From Bradymonadia bacterium (GTDB lineage Bacteria; Myxococcota_A; Bradymonadia; UBA7976; UBA1532), in assembly GCA_046290225.1 (NCBI GenBank), contig JBKAGE010000005.1:12844-76843 (forward strand): a stretch of DNA of 64,000 bases, written 5' to 3'. The notes beneath the pieces are model-generated. The model did no database searches and had not been told where the DNA came from. It was given only the letters and a program-made list of their open reading frames with translations. The position numbers and the translations under genes were made by a program. Shown here one piece after another: positions 42,164 through 52,193 of the stretch; position 1 is the stretch's first letter, and every line of letters begins with the position of its first letter.

Positions 42164-42553
42164 GTGCATACCCTCATCGTCTTCATGGCCGGGCGAAAGC
42201 GCCCCGGATCCCTCGCCGTCGCAGCCCGAAAGCGGGGGGTAATCTTGCTCGAAGGCAGCGGTGAGGCCGAGGTACGGGCCGCCTGGGCCTCTTCGGCAGG
42301 GCTGCTGCTCACCCTCACCGGCTTCGAGGTGGTGCCCGACGCTCAGGGGCGGCGTGTTCAATTGCCCGAGTCGGTGACGCTGTGGCTCGAAGAGGCCGTC
42401 GCTGGCCAGATGGGCGATGCCGTGGAGATCGCCATCCTCGACGATGGATCGGCTCTACGTGGTCGCACTCAGGTGAGCATCGAGCACGTACGACGACCAC
42501 TCGTTGTGGGGCATCGATATCAAATCGCACCCCTTGGCCCTTTGAGAGCATGA
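42164..42553 (+). CDS. Hypothetical protein
   Basis: GTG start; ATGA overlap with the MFS gene suggests translational coupling. Confidence 0.55.
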   Translation: MHTLIVFMAGRKRPGSLAVAARKRGVILLEGSGEAEVRAAWASSAGLLLTLTGFEVVPDAQGRRVQLPESVTLWLEEAVAGQMGDAVEIAILDDGSALRGRTQVSIEHVRRPLVVGHRYQIAPLGPLRA

Positions 42554-43749
42554 CCAGCCAGAACGTGCAGGACGAGATCCCCTGGCGCGCCATCGTCAGA
42601 GTGGCACTGGTGAGCTTGGGCAACCTCGTAGGTCTCGGGCTGTTGCTGCCTGTGTTCCCGCTCTGGGTAGAGCTGATCGTACCCAGCAGCACCGAGGTGG
42701 GCCTCGCCACCACCCTCACCATGGGGGTGGGACTCATCATCGCCCGCCCCCTGGCAGGGCGCTGGATGGAAGGTCGACGACGTGCCCCCCTCATGATCAT
42801 CGGGATCGTGATCAATGTGGTGTCCAGCGCGCTGTATCCGCTCGTGGAGAGCCTGACCCCGCTGTTGGTGCTCAGATTGTTGCAGGGGGTGGGCTTTGGT
42901 TGGGTGACCACCGGCGCGGTCTCGGCGATGACCGATCTGGCGCCGCCTTCGCGGCGAGGTCAGATGATGGGCTACTTCGGGGCGGTGAACGCGCTGGCGT
43001 TGATCATTGGGCCTGGGGTGGGCACTGCGCTGTACGACGCATTGGGTTTCGATGCGGTGTTCTATGGCGCTGCAGGGCTCTCCATGGTGGCCGCGCTCCC
43101 CCTCATGGGTCTGAGAGAGCCGCCGAAGCCCGTGGTGACTGGCCGTGTGGCGCTCACCGAGGCACTGAGGGTGCCTGCGCTCAAGTTGTTGGCCATCACC
43201 CACTTCATGACCTATCTGCTTCATGGTGCCGTCATCACCTTCCTGCCCAAGCGGTTTTATCCCGGTGGGGAAGGCACCGAGAGTGCTGCCGACTGGATGG
43301 GGGTAGGCACGTTCTTCGCCGTGCAGGCGGTGGCCGTCATCGGGTTTCGGGTGGTTACGGGCAAGCGCTTCGATCAGCTGGAGCGCAGCCTGTTCATCGG
43401 CGGAGGTCGCCTGGCGTTGCTCGCTGCGGGGGTCGCCCTGGGGCTGACGTTGAGCCCGTGGGCTTTGTTGGCAGTGGCAGTGCTCTATGGACTCGGGCAA
43501 GGGGCTTATCTGCCGGCGGCGAACGCTCTGGTGGGTGACATCTTGCCCGAGCACCTGCGCGCTCGGGGCTTCGCGATCTTCTTGCTGGCCTTCGATCTCG
43601 GGTTTGCCTGTGGTGGCACCGTTGCAGGAGTGCTCACCGATCTCATGGGCGTCGCAGGGGCGTTTGTGATCATGGGCACGCTCCCTGGCCTGGCGTGGGC
43701 CATTCAGACCGTGGCGTGGCGGCGCGTGACCGCCGAGGAGGGCAAATGA
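42550..43749 (+). CDS. MFS transporter
   Basis: About 12 TM helices; GRWMEGRRR motif-A variant; LRLLQGVGFG; RRGQMMG. Confidence 0.9.
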   Translation: MTSQNVQDEIPWRAIVRVALVSLGNLVGLGLLLPVFPLWVELIVPSSTEVGLATTLTMGVGLIIARPLAGRWMEGRRRAPLMIIGIVINVVSSALYPLVESLTPLLVLRLLQGVGFGWVTTGAVSAMTDLAPPSRRGQMMGYFGAVNALALIIGPGVGTALYDALGFDAVFYGAAGLSMVAALPLMGLREPPKPVVTGRVALTEALRVPALKLLAITHFMTYLLHGAVITFLPKRFYPGGEGTESAADWMGVGTFFAVQAVAVIGFRVVTGKRFDQLERSLFIGGGRLALLAAGVALGLTLSPWALLAVAVLYGLGQGAYLPAANALVGDILPEHLRARGFAIFLLAFDLGFACGGTVAGVLTDLMGVAGAFVIMGTLPGLAWAIQTVAWRRVTAEEGK

Positions 43750-44234
43750 CACACAGGCCGTTTGTGCTCGGGGGTTTGATCCCCCGGTTCTCGTGGGTGA
43801 TCCCCGGACAGCTCGCTGGGAGCGGCATGCCCGCGCGAGCCGATCTCGGTAAAGACGTCGAAGCGTATGTCACCCTCTACGAAGAGGGGGTGCGGGTGGT
43901 GCTTTCTTTGTTGGAGTCCGCACCGCCCAAGGCGGTCATCGAGCAGGCTGGGCTGATGAGCTTGCACTTTCCCATCCACGATCTCGACACGCCCACCGAG
44001 ATCTCTCGTTATGTAGAGGTCCTCGATGAGTCCCATGCACATGTCACCGCAGGTCGCCCGGTGCTCGTGCACTGCTACGCGGGGATCGGCCGCACTGGCA
44101 TGACCCTGGCGGCGTGGATGGTCCGCTATGAAGGCATTAGCCCGAGAGCAGCCATCGACCACGTACGCACCCTACGCCCCGGGAGCATCGAGACGCCTGG
44201 GCAGGCTGCATTCTTGAGCACACTTCGCCGCTGA
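43746..44234 (+). CDS. Dual-specificity protein phosphatase
   Basis: VHCYAGIGRTG (HCx5R), HFPIHD, RPGSIET. Confidence 0.92.
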   Translation: MTHRPFVLGGLIPRFSWVIPGQLAGSGMPARADLGKDVEAYVTLYEEGVRVVLSLLESAPPKAVIEQAGLMSLHFPIHDLDTPTEISRYVEVLDESHAHVTAGRPVLVHCYAGIGRTGMTLAAWMVRYEGISPRAAIDHVRTLRPGSIETPGQAAFLSTLRR

Positions 44235-44253
44235 CCATTCAAACACATCTGTT

Positions 44254-44328
44254 CGGATACGGCTGTACGGACACGGCTGACTGTACGGACAGGTGTCCGG
44301 TCGATCTCGGACACTCTGAGGCGGACAC
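44254..44328. promoter_or_regulatory. Array of six CGGA(C/T)A(C/G) boxes, candidate activator-binding sites
   Basis: Copies at 44254, 44268, 44286, 44308 and 44322, plus an inverted copy at 44293. Confidence 0.6.
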
Positions 44329-44388
44329 TTTGCCGCAGATGGGGCGTGGGGCTGAGCTAACATGTTGAAATTTCAATGTTGGCCTGGG

Positions 44389-44404
44389 TGGCATGATGCG
44401 TGCT
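44389..44404 (+). promoter_or_regulatory. Putative sigma54 (-24/-12) promoter of the sigma factor gene
   Basis: TGGCATGATGCGTGCT has exact GG-N10-GC spacing and ends 42 nt before ATG 44447. Confidence 0.65.
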
Positions 44405-44446
44405 CTTAGGTGTGGATAACTCACGCTTCTGCATCAGGACACACCC

Positions 44447-45781
44447 ATGAACGCCGCAACTCAGCTCCCCGAAGCCGCCCCCGCCCTCAAGCTGGTCCGC
44501 TCCACCTCTGCTGCCCCTCGCCGGGATCCTGTGGTGGGTGATCCGATCAACATGTACCTCGACAGCATTGGCCGCAGGCGCTTGCTCACACGGGATCAAG
44601 AGCTCGCTCTGGCCCGACAAATTCACGCATCGAGAGACGAGATCGTTGAAGAGGTGATCATGCTCGGCGCTGGCGTGCGCGCCATCGCCGAGGTGCCCCG
44701 GCGCATCATGCGCGGCGAGATGTCCATCCGCGACATTCTCGACGGGAGCACCAATCAGGAAGCCGACGCCGAGACGGGCCTTCGAGGCACTGAGCTGCTC
44801 GCCCATCTTGCCGAGCGCCTCGAGATGCTCCACGAGGCCGGTGCGGGTCTCGAAGATCGCCTCGAAGTGGTGGCCCGCATGCCACTGCTCTGGTCTGTCT
44901 ACGTGGAGATCGTCGAGGGGCTCTACGATCTGAGTCGTCGCTTCCACACCACCGTACCCGAAGGGGTTTCTGCCCTCGAGGCTGAGGCCGGTGTGTCCGC
45001 TGACGACTTTGTGGCCGCGGCCCGTCGGGTGCGCCGCCTCATGCGGGCTCTGGAGCGTGCGCGCTCCACCATGGTGGAGTCGAACCTGCGTCTGGTGGTG
45101 TCCGTGGCGCGCAAGCTGCAGAATCGGGGCCTGCCTCTGCTCGACATGGTGCAGGAAGGCAACCTGGGCCTGATCCGCGCTGTAGAGAAGTTCGAGCCCG
45201 AGCGGGGCCATCGCTTCAGCACCTACGCCACCTGGTGGATCCGCCAGTCGATCTTGCGGGCCATCGACGAGCAAACCCGCACTGTGAAGCTCCCTGGACC
45301 CTTCCTGAGTCGGGTCTACAAGGTGAAGTCCGTGGCCCGTACCTTGGAGAAGGAGCTCGGCCGCCAGCCCACCCTCGCCGAGATCACCGAGAAGGTGTCG
45401 TTCTCTGCCGATGAGGTGGAGGCCGCCCTACAAGGTGATCGAGGGGCCATCTCTCTCGAGTCGCCTGTGGGTCAGGACGACGCGGTCATCGGTGATTTCA
45501 TCGAAGACGCCAACACCCCTGATCCAGCCCACATCGCCGAGCGTCGTCGTCTCGGCGAGGACACCCGCCTGGCCCTGCAGGGCCTCGGCGAGCGCGAGGC
45601 CCTGGTGCTGCGCTTGCGTTATGGCATCGACGAGGCTGAGCCCATGACCCTCGAAGAGGTCGGACAGCGGTTCGGGCTGACGCGGGAGCGAATTCGGCAG
45701 ATCGAGCGCAAGGCGCTCTACAAGCTGCGGACGGTGCAGCGTGGAAAGCTGCTGCGGGCATGGGGCGGGCTCGAAGGGTGA
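44447..45781 (+). CDS. RpoD/SigA-like sigma-70 factor lacking region 1.1
   Basis: Region 1.2 [11 protein letters not shown]; region 2 [10 protein letters not shown]...[11 protein letters not shown]; region 4 [20 protein letters not shown]. Confidence 0.95.
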   Translation: MNAATQLPEAAPALKLVRSTSAAPRRDPVVGDPINMYLDSIGRRRLLTRDQELALARQIHASRDEIVEEVIMLGAGVRAIAEVPRRIMRGEMSIRDILDGSTNQEADAETGLRGTELLAHLAERLEMLHEAGAGLEDRLEVVARMPLLWSVYVEIVEGLYDLSRRFHTTVPEGVSALEAEAGVSADDFVAAARRVRRLMRALERARSTMVESNLRLVVSVARKLQNRGLPLLDMVQEGNLGLIRAVEKFEPERGHRFSTYATWWIRQSILRAIDEQTRTVKLPGPFLSRVYKVKSVARTLEKELGRQPTLAEITEKVSFSADEVEAALQGDRGAISLESPVGQDDAVIGDFIEDANTPDPAHIAERRRLGEDTRLALQGLGEREALVLRLRYGIDEAEPMTLEEVGQRFGLTRERIRQIERKALYKLRTVQRGKLLRAWGGLEG

Positions 45782-45806
45782 GTCTCGAAAGCTGACTCTG
45801 AGCAGC

Positions 45807-46418
45807 TCAGCCTCGCAAGTGCTCCACCAGCTCACCTTGAGAGTGCACGTTGAGCTTGGCGAACATCGACTTCAGGTGATTGCGCACCGTGTGCCGGCTG
45901 ATGAAGAGCCGATCGGCGATCTGTGGCGTGCGCATGCCACCCACCAGCATCTCCGCCACTTGGCGCTCCCGCGCAGACAAGATATCAGCTCGGCGGTTCA
46001 GACCCCCACCATCAATGCTGGGCATCAGGCCGTTGCGCTTGTCGAGGGCCTCGTCGATGAGGTTGGCCAGCTCACCGGGATCGATGGGCTTGCACAGGAT
46101 CTTGAAGACCTCGCCCTCGTTCACCGCTCTCAACGCGGCTTCCAGCGTAGCGTGGCCGGTGAGCAGAATCCGCACCGCCTCGTGCGACTGTCCGGCGAGG
46201 GTGGCGCACAACTCTGAGCCATTGATGCCCGGCATGCGCTCATCAGTGATCACGACGTCGACGTGTTCGTGATTCAAGCGTTCGAGCGCCTGCTCAGCAG
46301 AATGCGCGACGAGAACCTCGAAGGGGGCTCGGTGGAATGCTGTTCGGAAACCGTCAAGGACGAGCGGATCATCGTCGACGAACAAAACACGTGCGGTATT
46401 TTCCACAGCCACTTGCAT
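45807..46418 (-). CDS. REC-LuxR response regulator
   Basis: VLFVDDD, VITDERMPG, LSARERQVA...IADRLFISRHTVRNHLK. Confidence 0.9.
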   Translation of the reverse strand: MQVAVENTARVLFVDDDPLVLDGFRTAFHRAPFEVLVAHSAEQALERLNHEHVDVVITDERMPGINGSELCATLAGQSHEAVRILLTGHATLEAALRAVNEGEVFKILCKPIDPGELANLIDEALDKRNGLMPSIDGGGLNRRADILSARERQVAEMLVGGMRTPQIADRLFISRHTVRNHLKSMFAKLNVHSQGELVEHLRG

Positions 46419-46569
46419 TGGGCACCTATTTCCCCTCACGTCTGTGTTCAGAGCCACGAGATGGAACCCTGGGGGAGAAGGCATCATCTCGATTGCGTCA
46501 GCCTGTATCTTCATACGGCTCAGGCGGCCGTCAACAGTAGCATGTCTTGAATTTGGAGGCCTTTCTGCG

Positions 46570-46965
46570 ATGAAAAATCCCGTCATTCTCTTCGATGGGG
46601 TCTGCAATTTCTGCGATGGCGCAGTGCAATTCATCATCAAGAGAGATCGAAGCGGGGTCTTCCGGTTCGGTGCGCTTCAATCAGAAGCTGGCCGTGAGAT
46701 CCTGCTCAAGCACGGCTTGCCCGCGGATCATCTCGACTCGCTGGTGCTCGTCGACGAGGGGCGCGTCTACATGCGCAGCACTGCGGCTCTCCGGATTGCA
46801 CGCAGGCTGCGCTGGCCCTGGCCGATCTTCTATGGATTGATGATCCTACCGCGCTTTCTACGCGATCCTGTTTACGACTGGATAGGTCGTAATCGCTACA
46901 AATGGTTCGGGGAGAAAGCGGAGTGCATGATTCCCAGCCCCGAGGTTCGGGGCCGGTTTTTGTGA
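46570..46965 (+). CDS. DCC1-like thiol-disulfide oxidoreductase
   Basis: ILFDGVCNFC, FGALQS, RNRYKWFG. GGAGG RBS. Confidence 0.93.
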   Translation: MKNPVILFDGVCNFCDGAVQFIIKRDRSGVFRFGALQSEAGREILLKHGLPADHLDSLVLVDEGRVYMRSTAALRIARRLRWPWPIFYGLMILPRFLRDPVYDWIGRNRYKWFGEKAECMIPSPEVRGRFL

Positions 46966-47017
46966 TGCTGCAGGGGGGAGATTTTTAAGTGAGGCTGGTG
47001 GGTTTCTCAAGCACTGG

Positions 47018-47038
47018 GCCAGCCTGATATGGGCTGGC
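47018..47038. terminator. Hairpin between convergent genes
   Basis: GCCAGCC-N7-GGCTGGC; no clear U-tract. Confidence 0.35.
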
Positions 47039-47048
47039 GGAGTCTGCC

Positions 47049-49160
47049 TCAGTCGAGGGTGGCGCGGAGGGTGACGTTCTGGCAGTCCTCCTGGTCGTGG
47101 GCTGAGAGCTCGATCACGTAGATGCCACGGCGGACCGAGGCGGAGACCTTCTCCGAGTCCGAGTAAGTCTCCGACTCGTCGAGCTTGTTGCGGTCAGCGT
47201 CGTAGAGGTACAAATCGATGTCGCCCTCGAAGGAGTTGAACTCCGCGGTGACAGTCAGGTTGCCGCTGCCGTTGACCTGGAACGAGTACTCCTTGCCGAT
47301 CCCGTAGCACATCTCCACCTCGTGGTTCTCGCCGAGCTCAAGCAGGTCGCCGCGGATGTCCTCGTCATTGTTGAGCTGGCCGCCGTTGAGTACAGCGTGG
47401 CCGATCTCGCACCAGCTGGAGCCCTCGAGGGGCGCCTCGGCGTCGTTTTGCACGTCGCGCTGGCTGCAGGACTCGTCCTCGCTCCATGCCACCCACTCGC
47501 TGCCCCGGCCGATGGACTCGGCGTAGGTCTTGAAGAGGTCATAGCCGCCATCGCGGGCCTTGAAGACCACTGGTGTGGCGCACTGCTGAGCGGTGTGATC
47601 CTCCACATCGTTCATGGCCTTCTGCATCACGATCTCGTACATGGCCGAGGTGCTGCTGTTCCAGCAGCAGGTCTTGGACTCGTCGTACACCAGCTTGGCG
47701 AAGACGTAGTCCTCGAGGGTGCGGTACTTGGCGTCGACCTCGAGGGTGCTCATATCAGCGTGCTCGGCCTCGAGATCGTAGAGCTCCTTGAAGGCGTCTT
47801 CGCGGCGCTCGCGGGCGGCGCAGGAGGCGGGGTAGTTGCTCAGGTGGCTGCGGGCGTCGCTGATCTTCTGCAGGATGACCGCGCGCTTCTCTTCGACGGG
47901 CACCTCGCGGAGGATCTCACGCCAGGTCTCGATGCGGGCGGTGACGGCGTCGTGGTCCTGGCTGTTGATCCAGTTTTCGCGGTCGTAGGCGGGCACAGCG
48001 TTGGTCCAGCTGCCGTCGACCTTGGTGGGCACGCGGAAGCGGCGGATACCGCCACCGAGGGCAGCGTACTTGTCACCGTCGCTGTTCTCACCGGGGCCAC
48101 CAGCAGAGCTGGAGGTGAAGGCGCTCTTCGAAGCAGCGGGGGACTCCCACTTGCCCTGGCGACGGGGCATGCTGCCGCTGATGACGGAGACCTCGTAGGC
48201 GCCGCCGAGGCTCTCGACGCTCTTGACCACGTAGACGTGGCCCGTGCCGCGGCGGCGGTAGCGCTTGACCAGGGTGTCGCCGGCGCGGACCGACTTGGGA
48301 TCGATGTGGTACATGTTGGCGCTGGAGGCGAGGTTGATGCTGCCGAAGTAGCTCAGCAGGTAGACCATGAAGTAGCCCACGCGCTTGTTCAGGTAGATCT
48401 CGTCGAAGTAGGTGCCGGCGCGGGCGTCGTCGCCGAGGAAGCGCTGGTAGTCGTCCTGGCTGCCGCCGAGCTTGCGGCCGCGCAGGCGGCTGTCGGAGGG
48501 CCAGCCGTCGCGATCCCAGGTGTCCACGCGATCGCTGTAGTCAGGGTACGCAGTCTTGAAGTTGGGGGTGTTGGCGTAGCGGCCGTTGCTGCGACGGAAG
48601 CCGAAGTGGCCGAGGAAGATGCGGCCGTCGGCGTCAGCAGCCTCGACGTAGAAGGGCAGGTTGTACCAGCTGGCGAAGGAGGCCCGCAGGAACATCGACA
48701 TCTCGGCGCACTCGAGGGCCGGCGAGGGCAGGGTCTTGCCGTAGGGCGTGGTCAGCTCGAAGGTGGGGAAGTACGACTCGCCGTCGATCTGCACCATGGA
48801 CTGGACCCAGGCGCTGTACTTCTCGTCCCAGTTGAGGCCGGAGTTCTCGCCCCAGACCATGCCAGCCTTCTTGGCGTCGGGCGTGTCGGTGTCGGCCCAC
48901 TGGTTGCGGATCTCCCAGACGGCGCTGGGGCCGTTGTCCACACTCACCGGCAGGCTCTTGCGGCCGCTGATGCTGTCGGCTTTGCCCACGTTGCTGTCGT
49001 TGGCGTCGAAGGTGGCCTTGCCCAGACCCTCGGTCTCGGGGCCGATGTCGAGCAGCTCACTGGCCGCGGAATCGGGGCTGCTGGCCTCTTCGCCACAGCC
49101 AAAGGCGGCGAAGCTCATGACGAGGAGCAGCAGGCTCTTCAGGTGCAAGGTGCGCTTCAT
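47049..49160 (-). CDS. Secreted lipoprotein with a putative Cys/His (papain-like) domain and a C-terminal PPC domain
   Basis: Lipobox AFGC; LECAE and AGDTLV...GTGHVYVV; PPC motif GDIDLYLYD...GIYVIEL. Confidence 0.8.
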   Translation of the reverse strand: MKRTLHLKSLLLLVMSFAAFGCGEEASSPDSAASELLDIGPETEGLGKATFDANDSNVGKADSISGRKSLPVSVDNGPSAVWEIRNQWADTDTPDAKKAGMVWGENSGLNWDEKYSAWVQSMVQIDGESYFPTFELTTPYGKTLPSPALECAEMSMFLRASFASWYNLPFYVEAADADGRIFLGHFGFRRSNGRYANTPNFKTAYPDYSDRVDTWDRDGWPSDSRLRGRKLGGSQDDYQRFLGDDARAGTYFDEIYLNKRVGYFMVYLLSYFGSINLASSANMYHIDPKSVRAGDTLVKRYRRRGTGHVYVVKSVESLGGAYEVSVISGSMPRRQGKWESPAASKSAFTSSSAGGPGENSDGDKYAALGGGIRRFRVPTKVDGSWTNAVPAYDRENWINSQDHDAVTARIETWREILREVPVEEKRAVILQKISDARSHLSNYPASCAARERREDAFKELYDLEAEHADMSTLEVDAKYRTLEDYVFAKLVYDESKTCCWNSSTSAMYEIVMQKAMNDVEDHTAQQCATPVVFKARDGGYDLFKTYAESIGRGSEWVAWSEDESCSQRDVQNDAEAPLEGSSWCEIGHAVLNGGQLNNDEDIRGDLLELGENHEVEMCYGIGKEYSFQVNGSGNLTVTAEFNSFEGDIDLYLYDADRNKLDESETYSDSEKVSASVRRGIYVIELSAHDQEDCQNVTLRATLD

Positions 49161-49209
49161 GGTGGGTGACCTCGTGAGCGAATGAATTCAGATACGCCGA
49201 AATACATTC

Positions 49210-49224
49210 GCAACTTGTGTGCCA
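49210..49224 (-). promoter_or_regulatory. Consensus sigma54 promoter
   Basis: Minus strand TGGCAC-ACAAG-TTGC, about 50 nt upstream of ATG 49160. Confidence 0.75.
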
Positions 49225-49438
49225 TCGATGTTCGGCGAGCGGATCTACGCAACTTTGCGCTTTCGAGCAAGAGGGCGAGGGCCGTAGACCCCACGATCGG
49301 CCACTGGAGTGGTGATCGATCGGCAGATCGATCAGCCACCTGGGGGTGTGGTGACCCCTGCAGAGGCGACAGTGTGCAGCCTCGTCGAGCACTCTGGCAT
49401 CCAGAGACCACAACATCGTGACAGAGGTGGAGACGGAC

Positions 49439-50140
49439 GTGGCAGATCAGAAGGTGTGTGTAGTGGCCGGCGTGGGGCCGGGCCTGGGGTTGGCGCTGGT
49501 GAAGGCCTTTGCGGCAGAGGGATATGCCGTGGCGGCCCTGGCGCGGAACATAGACGCGCTCGATGCGCTGGTGGGGTCCATCGATGGCGCGTATGCCTTC
49601 GCCTGCGACGTCACTGATGAAGCTGGCGTACACAGCACCTTCGAAGCGATTCGAAGCCAGCTCGGGCCGATCTCTGCCTTGATGTACAACGCCGGCTCTG
49701 GGGTTTGGGGCACGCTCGACGACATCGAGGTGGCCAACCTCGAGATGTCGTGGCGCGTGAACACGTTGGGCTTGTTCCACCTGACTCGGGCGGCCATCGC
49801 CGATCTTCGGGCGACGAAAGGGGCCCTGGGGATCACTGGCGCCACGGCGGCGCTCCGCGGCAAGCCCAAGACCCTGGCCTTCGCGTCGTCCAAGGCGGCT
49901 CAGCGTTCGATGGCGCAGTCTTTCGCCCGCCAGCTCGGCCCCGAAGGGGTGCACGTCTTCTACGCGATCATCGACGGCATGATCGATCTGCCCAAGACGC
50001 GGCAGATGATGCCCGACGCGCCAGAGGACTTCTTCTTGAAGCCCGACGAGATCGCCGCGGCGTATGTGCAGGTGGCTCACCAGCCCCAGAGCGCTTGGAC
50101 CTTCGAACTCGACCTGCGCCCCTACCGCGAGCAGTGGTGA
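49439..50140 (+). CDS. Short-chain dehydrogenase/reductase
   Basis: VAGVGPGLG, YNAG, TGATAALRG, FASSK, WTFELDLRP. Start at GTG 49439 or 49418. Confidence 0.9.
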   Translation: MADQKVCVVAGVGPGLGLALVKAFAAEGYAVAALARNIDALDALVGSIDGAYAFACDVTDEAGVHSTFEAIRSQLGPISALMYNAGSGVWGTLDDIEVANLEMSWRVNTLGLFHLTRAAIADLRATKGALGITGATAALRGKPKTLAFASSKAAQRSMAQSFARQLGPEGVHVFYAIIDGMIDLPKTRQMMPDAPEDFFLKPDEIAAAYVQVAHQPQSAWTFELDLRPYREQW

Positions 50141-50236
50141 GCTGAGCGCACCTCACGACGCGGTGTCCTAGAACCTTCACCGTGGCACAGTGTCAGAAGC
50201 TCTCGAACCAACGTTGAGTGATGGGGGTGCTCAATC

Positions 50237-52189
50237 ATGCGATCTCTCGCTGTGCTGTGTGTGCTGCTCTCGGCCGCGTGCTCGGGTGATACGACGCTGC
50301 AGCGCCTACGCAAGCAGGCCCACGCCGATGCGAAGACGGCGCAGCTGCCCGTGGTGGCGTCAGCGTCGTCGACGCCCGCGCCCCATGCGGTCAAGGTGAT
50401 CGTCACCCCCACGCACATCTCTGTCGATTACACTGACATCTTCGCTATGGCGTCGAGCCTGGGGGTCAGTGACGCGCAGCTGCGCGCTCACTTGAAGCGA
50501 TATGGCGACTCGGTGGAGTCGGCGTATCAGCCTCACGTCACCCCGTTGGCGTCCGGGCGTTACATGGTCGACGACGATGTGCGGCAAGTCATCTATGACG
50601 ATCTGTTGGTGGAGCCGCTGCAGATGTCACTCAACCGTTTGAGTGAGCTCAGCGTCGTCCTCGCAGGGCGTAAACCCGGCGAGACACAGGTGCCTCTCCG
50701 CTTCATCGTGGACACACAGGTGCCCTACGTGACCGTGCGCCGCGTGTTGGCCACGGCGAGCGGCCACGGATGGACGCAATTCGAACTGCTGGTGCACGTC
50801 GCCCACGAAGGGGCGATGATCGAGCGTGTGTTGCGCCCATTGAAGCGGAGCAGCTCGTGTTTTCCCGAGGCACCGGCAGTAGGCGATCCGGGTTGCTGGA
50901 TGAGCCACGTTCATCTCAGGGGCGCACAGCGGCGGTGGCAGGCGAGGTGCGACGAGGTGGATGGCGAGGCGGTTAAGGCGGGCCACCCCGTGTATTGGAA
51001 CCCCTGGGCGGAGGGTTTGTCGTGCCCCAAGTTGCCCGAGGCCCAGCGCGCTTTGCCTCCATGGAAGAGCGAGGTGACGCATTGCCCGGTTCTGGCGGTG
51101 AGCGCCGCTCTTGAGACGCCTTGGGGCGAGGTGGTGCAGGCTGTCGCTGAGGCAGAGCAGGCGGGTTGGCCAGTGATGTTGCATTACGGCCCCGAGACAC
51201 ACCAGCTGCGTCATTGGGGCGGCGTGCCTCTGACCTCGGTGCGGCATCTCGACGAGACGCCGAGCGAAGGCTGGCCCATACTCACAGTGACCCCCGAGGG
51301 CATTGGCTGGGCCGATGAGCAGGTCGTGGCCCTCGATCATGGCCGCATACCCGCAGCGGCGCTGCCCAAGGGCCCCGATGGCTGGTTGATCGATCCGCTT
51401 CACGATCGCCTCACAGCGGATGTGCAAAGGCTCAAAGAGCAGGCGGCGCTGAGGCAGACCGACTTCGAAGGGGCGCTGCAGGTGGCCGTGCACGGCGACG
51501 TGCCCCACAGCACTTTGATGCGGGTGCTCTACACTGCCGGGCAGGCCGAGTTCGGGGACTTCGAGTTCCCCGTGGGTACCCAGCGAGGCGTCGGCGCGCT
51601 TCGATACGAGGCGCCCAAGTACAGGGCTGTGCCTCAGGGAGAAGAGCGGGACGAGGGCAGCACCTGTCTGGCCCCTGTGGGTCGCGTCATGGCCCGGGAG
51701 ACACGGTGGAGCGCTCATACCCGAGCCCTGGTGCCCAAGGGGGCCACCATCAAAGTGGAGCGCGCAGTCGACGATGGCGTCGCCCCCTCAAAGCTGCTCG
51801 CGTTGCTCGGTGAATCGGGCGGGCCCTCGGTGATGACCGCGTTGAGCGCGCCAGCGGCTTCGGGCGAGCAGTCGAAGCCTGCGCTGGCGGCTCCACCCAC
51901 ACCTACGAAAGACAATTGGCAGGTGAGCGATCTGTGCCGGTCCGTGCCCCACGTGCAAGCCTACGGCGCGTGGCACCCGCGCGTGTCAGATCACCGCGAG
52001 GCCCTCGACGCGCTGAAGATGTTGGGGGAGTGGTGCCCCACCAGCGGGACTTTGAGCGGCGCAGACGACGTGATGTGGTCCCAGTTCGCCCTAGTCTGGG
52101 CGGCGGCGCAGGCGTCGGAGTACCACATGACCCTCACCGCCGGTGTGGGTGAGCAGGCGTGCGATCCACTTTTCTGGCCAGGGGAGTGA
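50237..52189 (+). CDS. Lipoprotein with tandem ExbD/TolR-like periplasmic domains
   Basis: Lipobox SAAC; LRFIVDTQVPYVTVRRVLATA..G and LQVAVHGDVPHSTLMRVLYTAGQAEF. Confidence 0.7.
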   Translation: MRSLAVLCVLLSAACSGDTTLQRLRKQAHADAKTAQLPVVASASSTPAPHAVKVIVTPTHISVDYTDIFAMASSLGVSDAQLRAHLKRYGDSVESAYQPHVTPLASGRYMVDDDVRQVIYDDLLVEPLQMSLNRLSELSVVLAGRKPGETQVPLRFIVDTQVPYVTVRRVLATASGHGWTQFELLVHVAHEGAMIERVLRPLKRSSSCFPEAPAVGDPGCWMSHVHLRGAQRRWQARCDEVDGEAVKAGHPVYWNPWAEGLSCPKLPEAQRALPPWKSEVTHCPVLAVSAALETPWGEVVQAVAEAEQAGWPVMLHYGPETHQLRHWGGVPLTSVRHLDETPSEGWPILTVTPEGIGWADEQVVALDHGRIPAAALPKGPDGWLIDPLHDRLTADVQRLKEQAALRQTDFEGALQVAVHGDVPHSTLMRVLYTAGQAEFGDFEFPVGTQRGVGALRYEAPKYRAVPQGEERDEGSTCLAPVGRVMARETRWSAHTRALVPKGATIKVERAVDDGVAPSKLLALLGESGGPSVMTALSAPAASGEQSKPALAAPPTPTKDNWQVSDLCRSVPHVQAYGAWHPRVSDHREALDALKMLGEWCPTSGTLSGADDVMWSQFALVWAAAQASEYHMTLTAGVGEQACDPLFWPGE

Positions 52190-52193
52190 GCGT

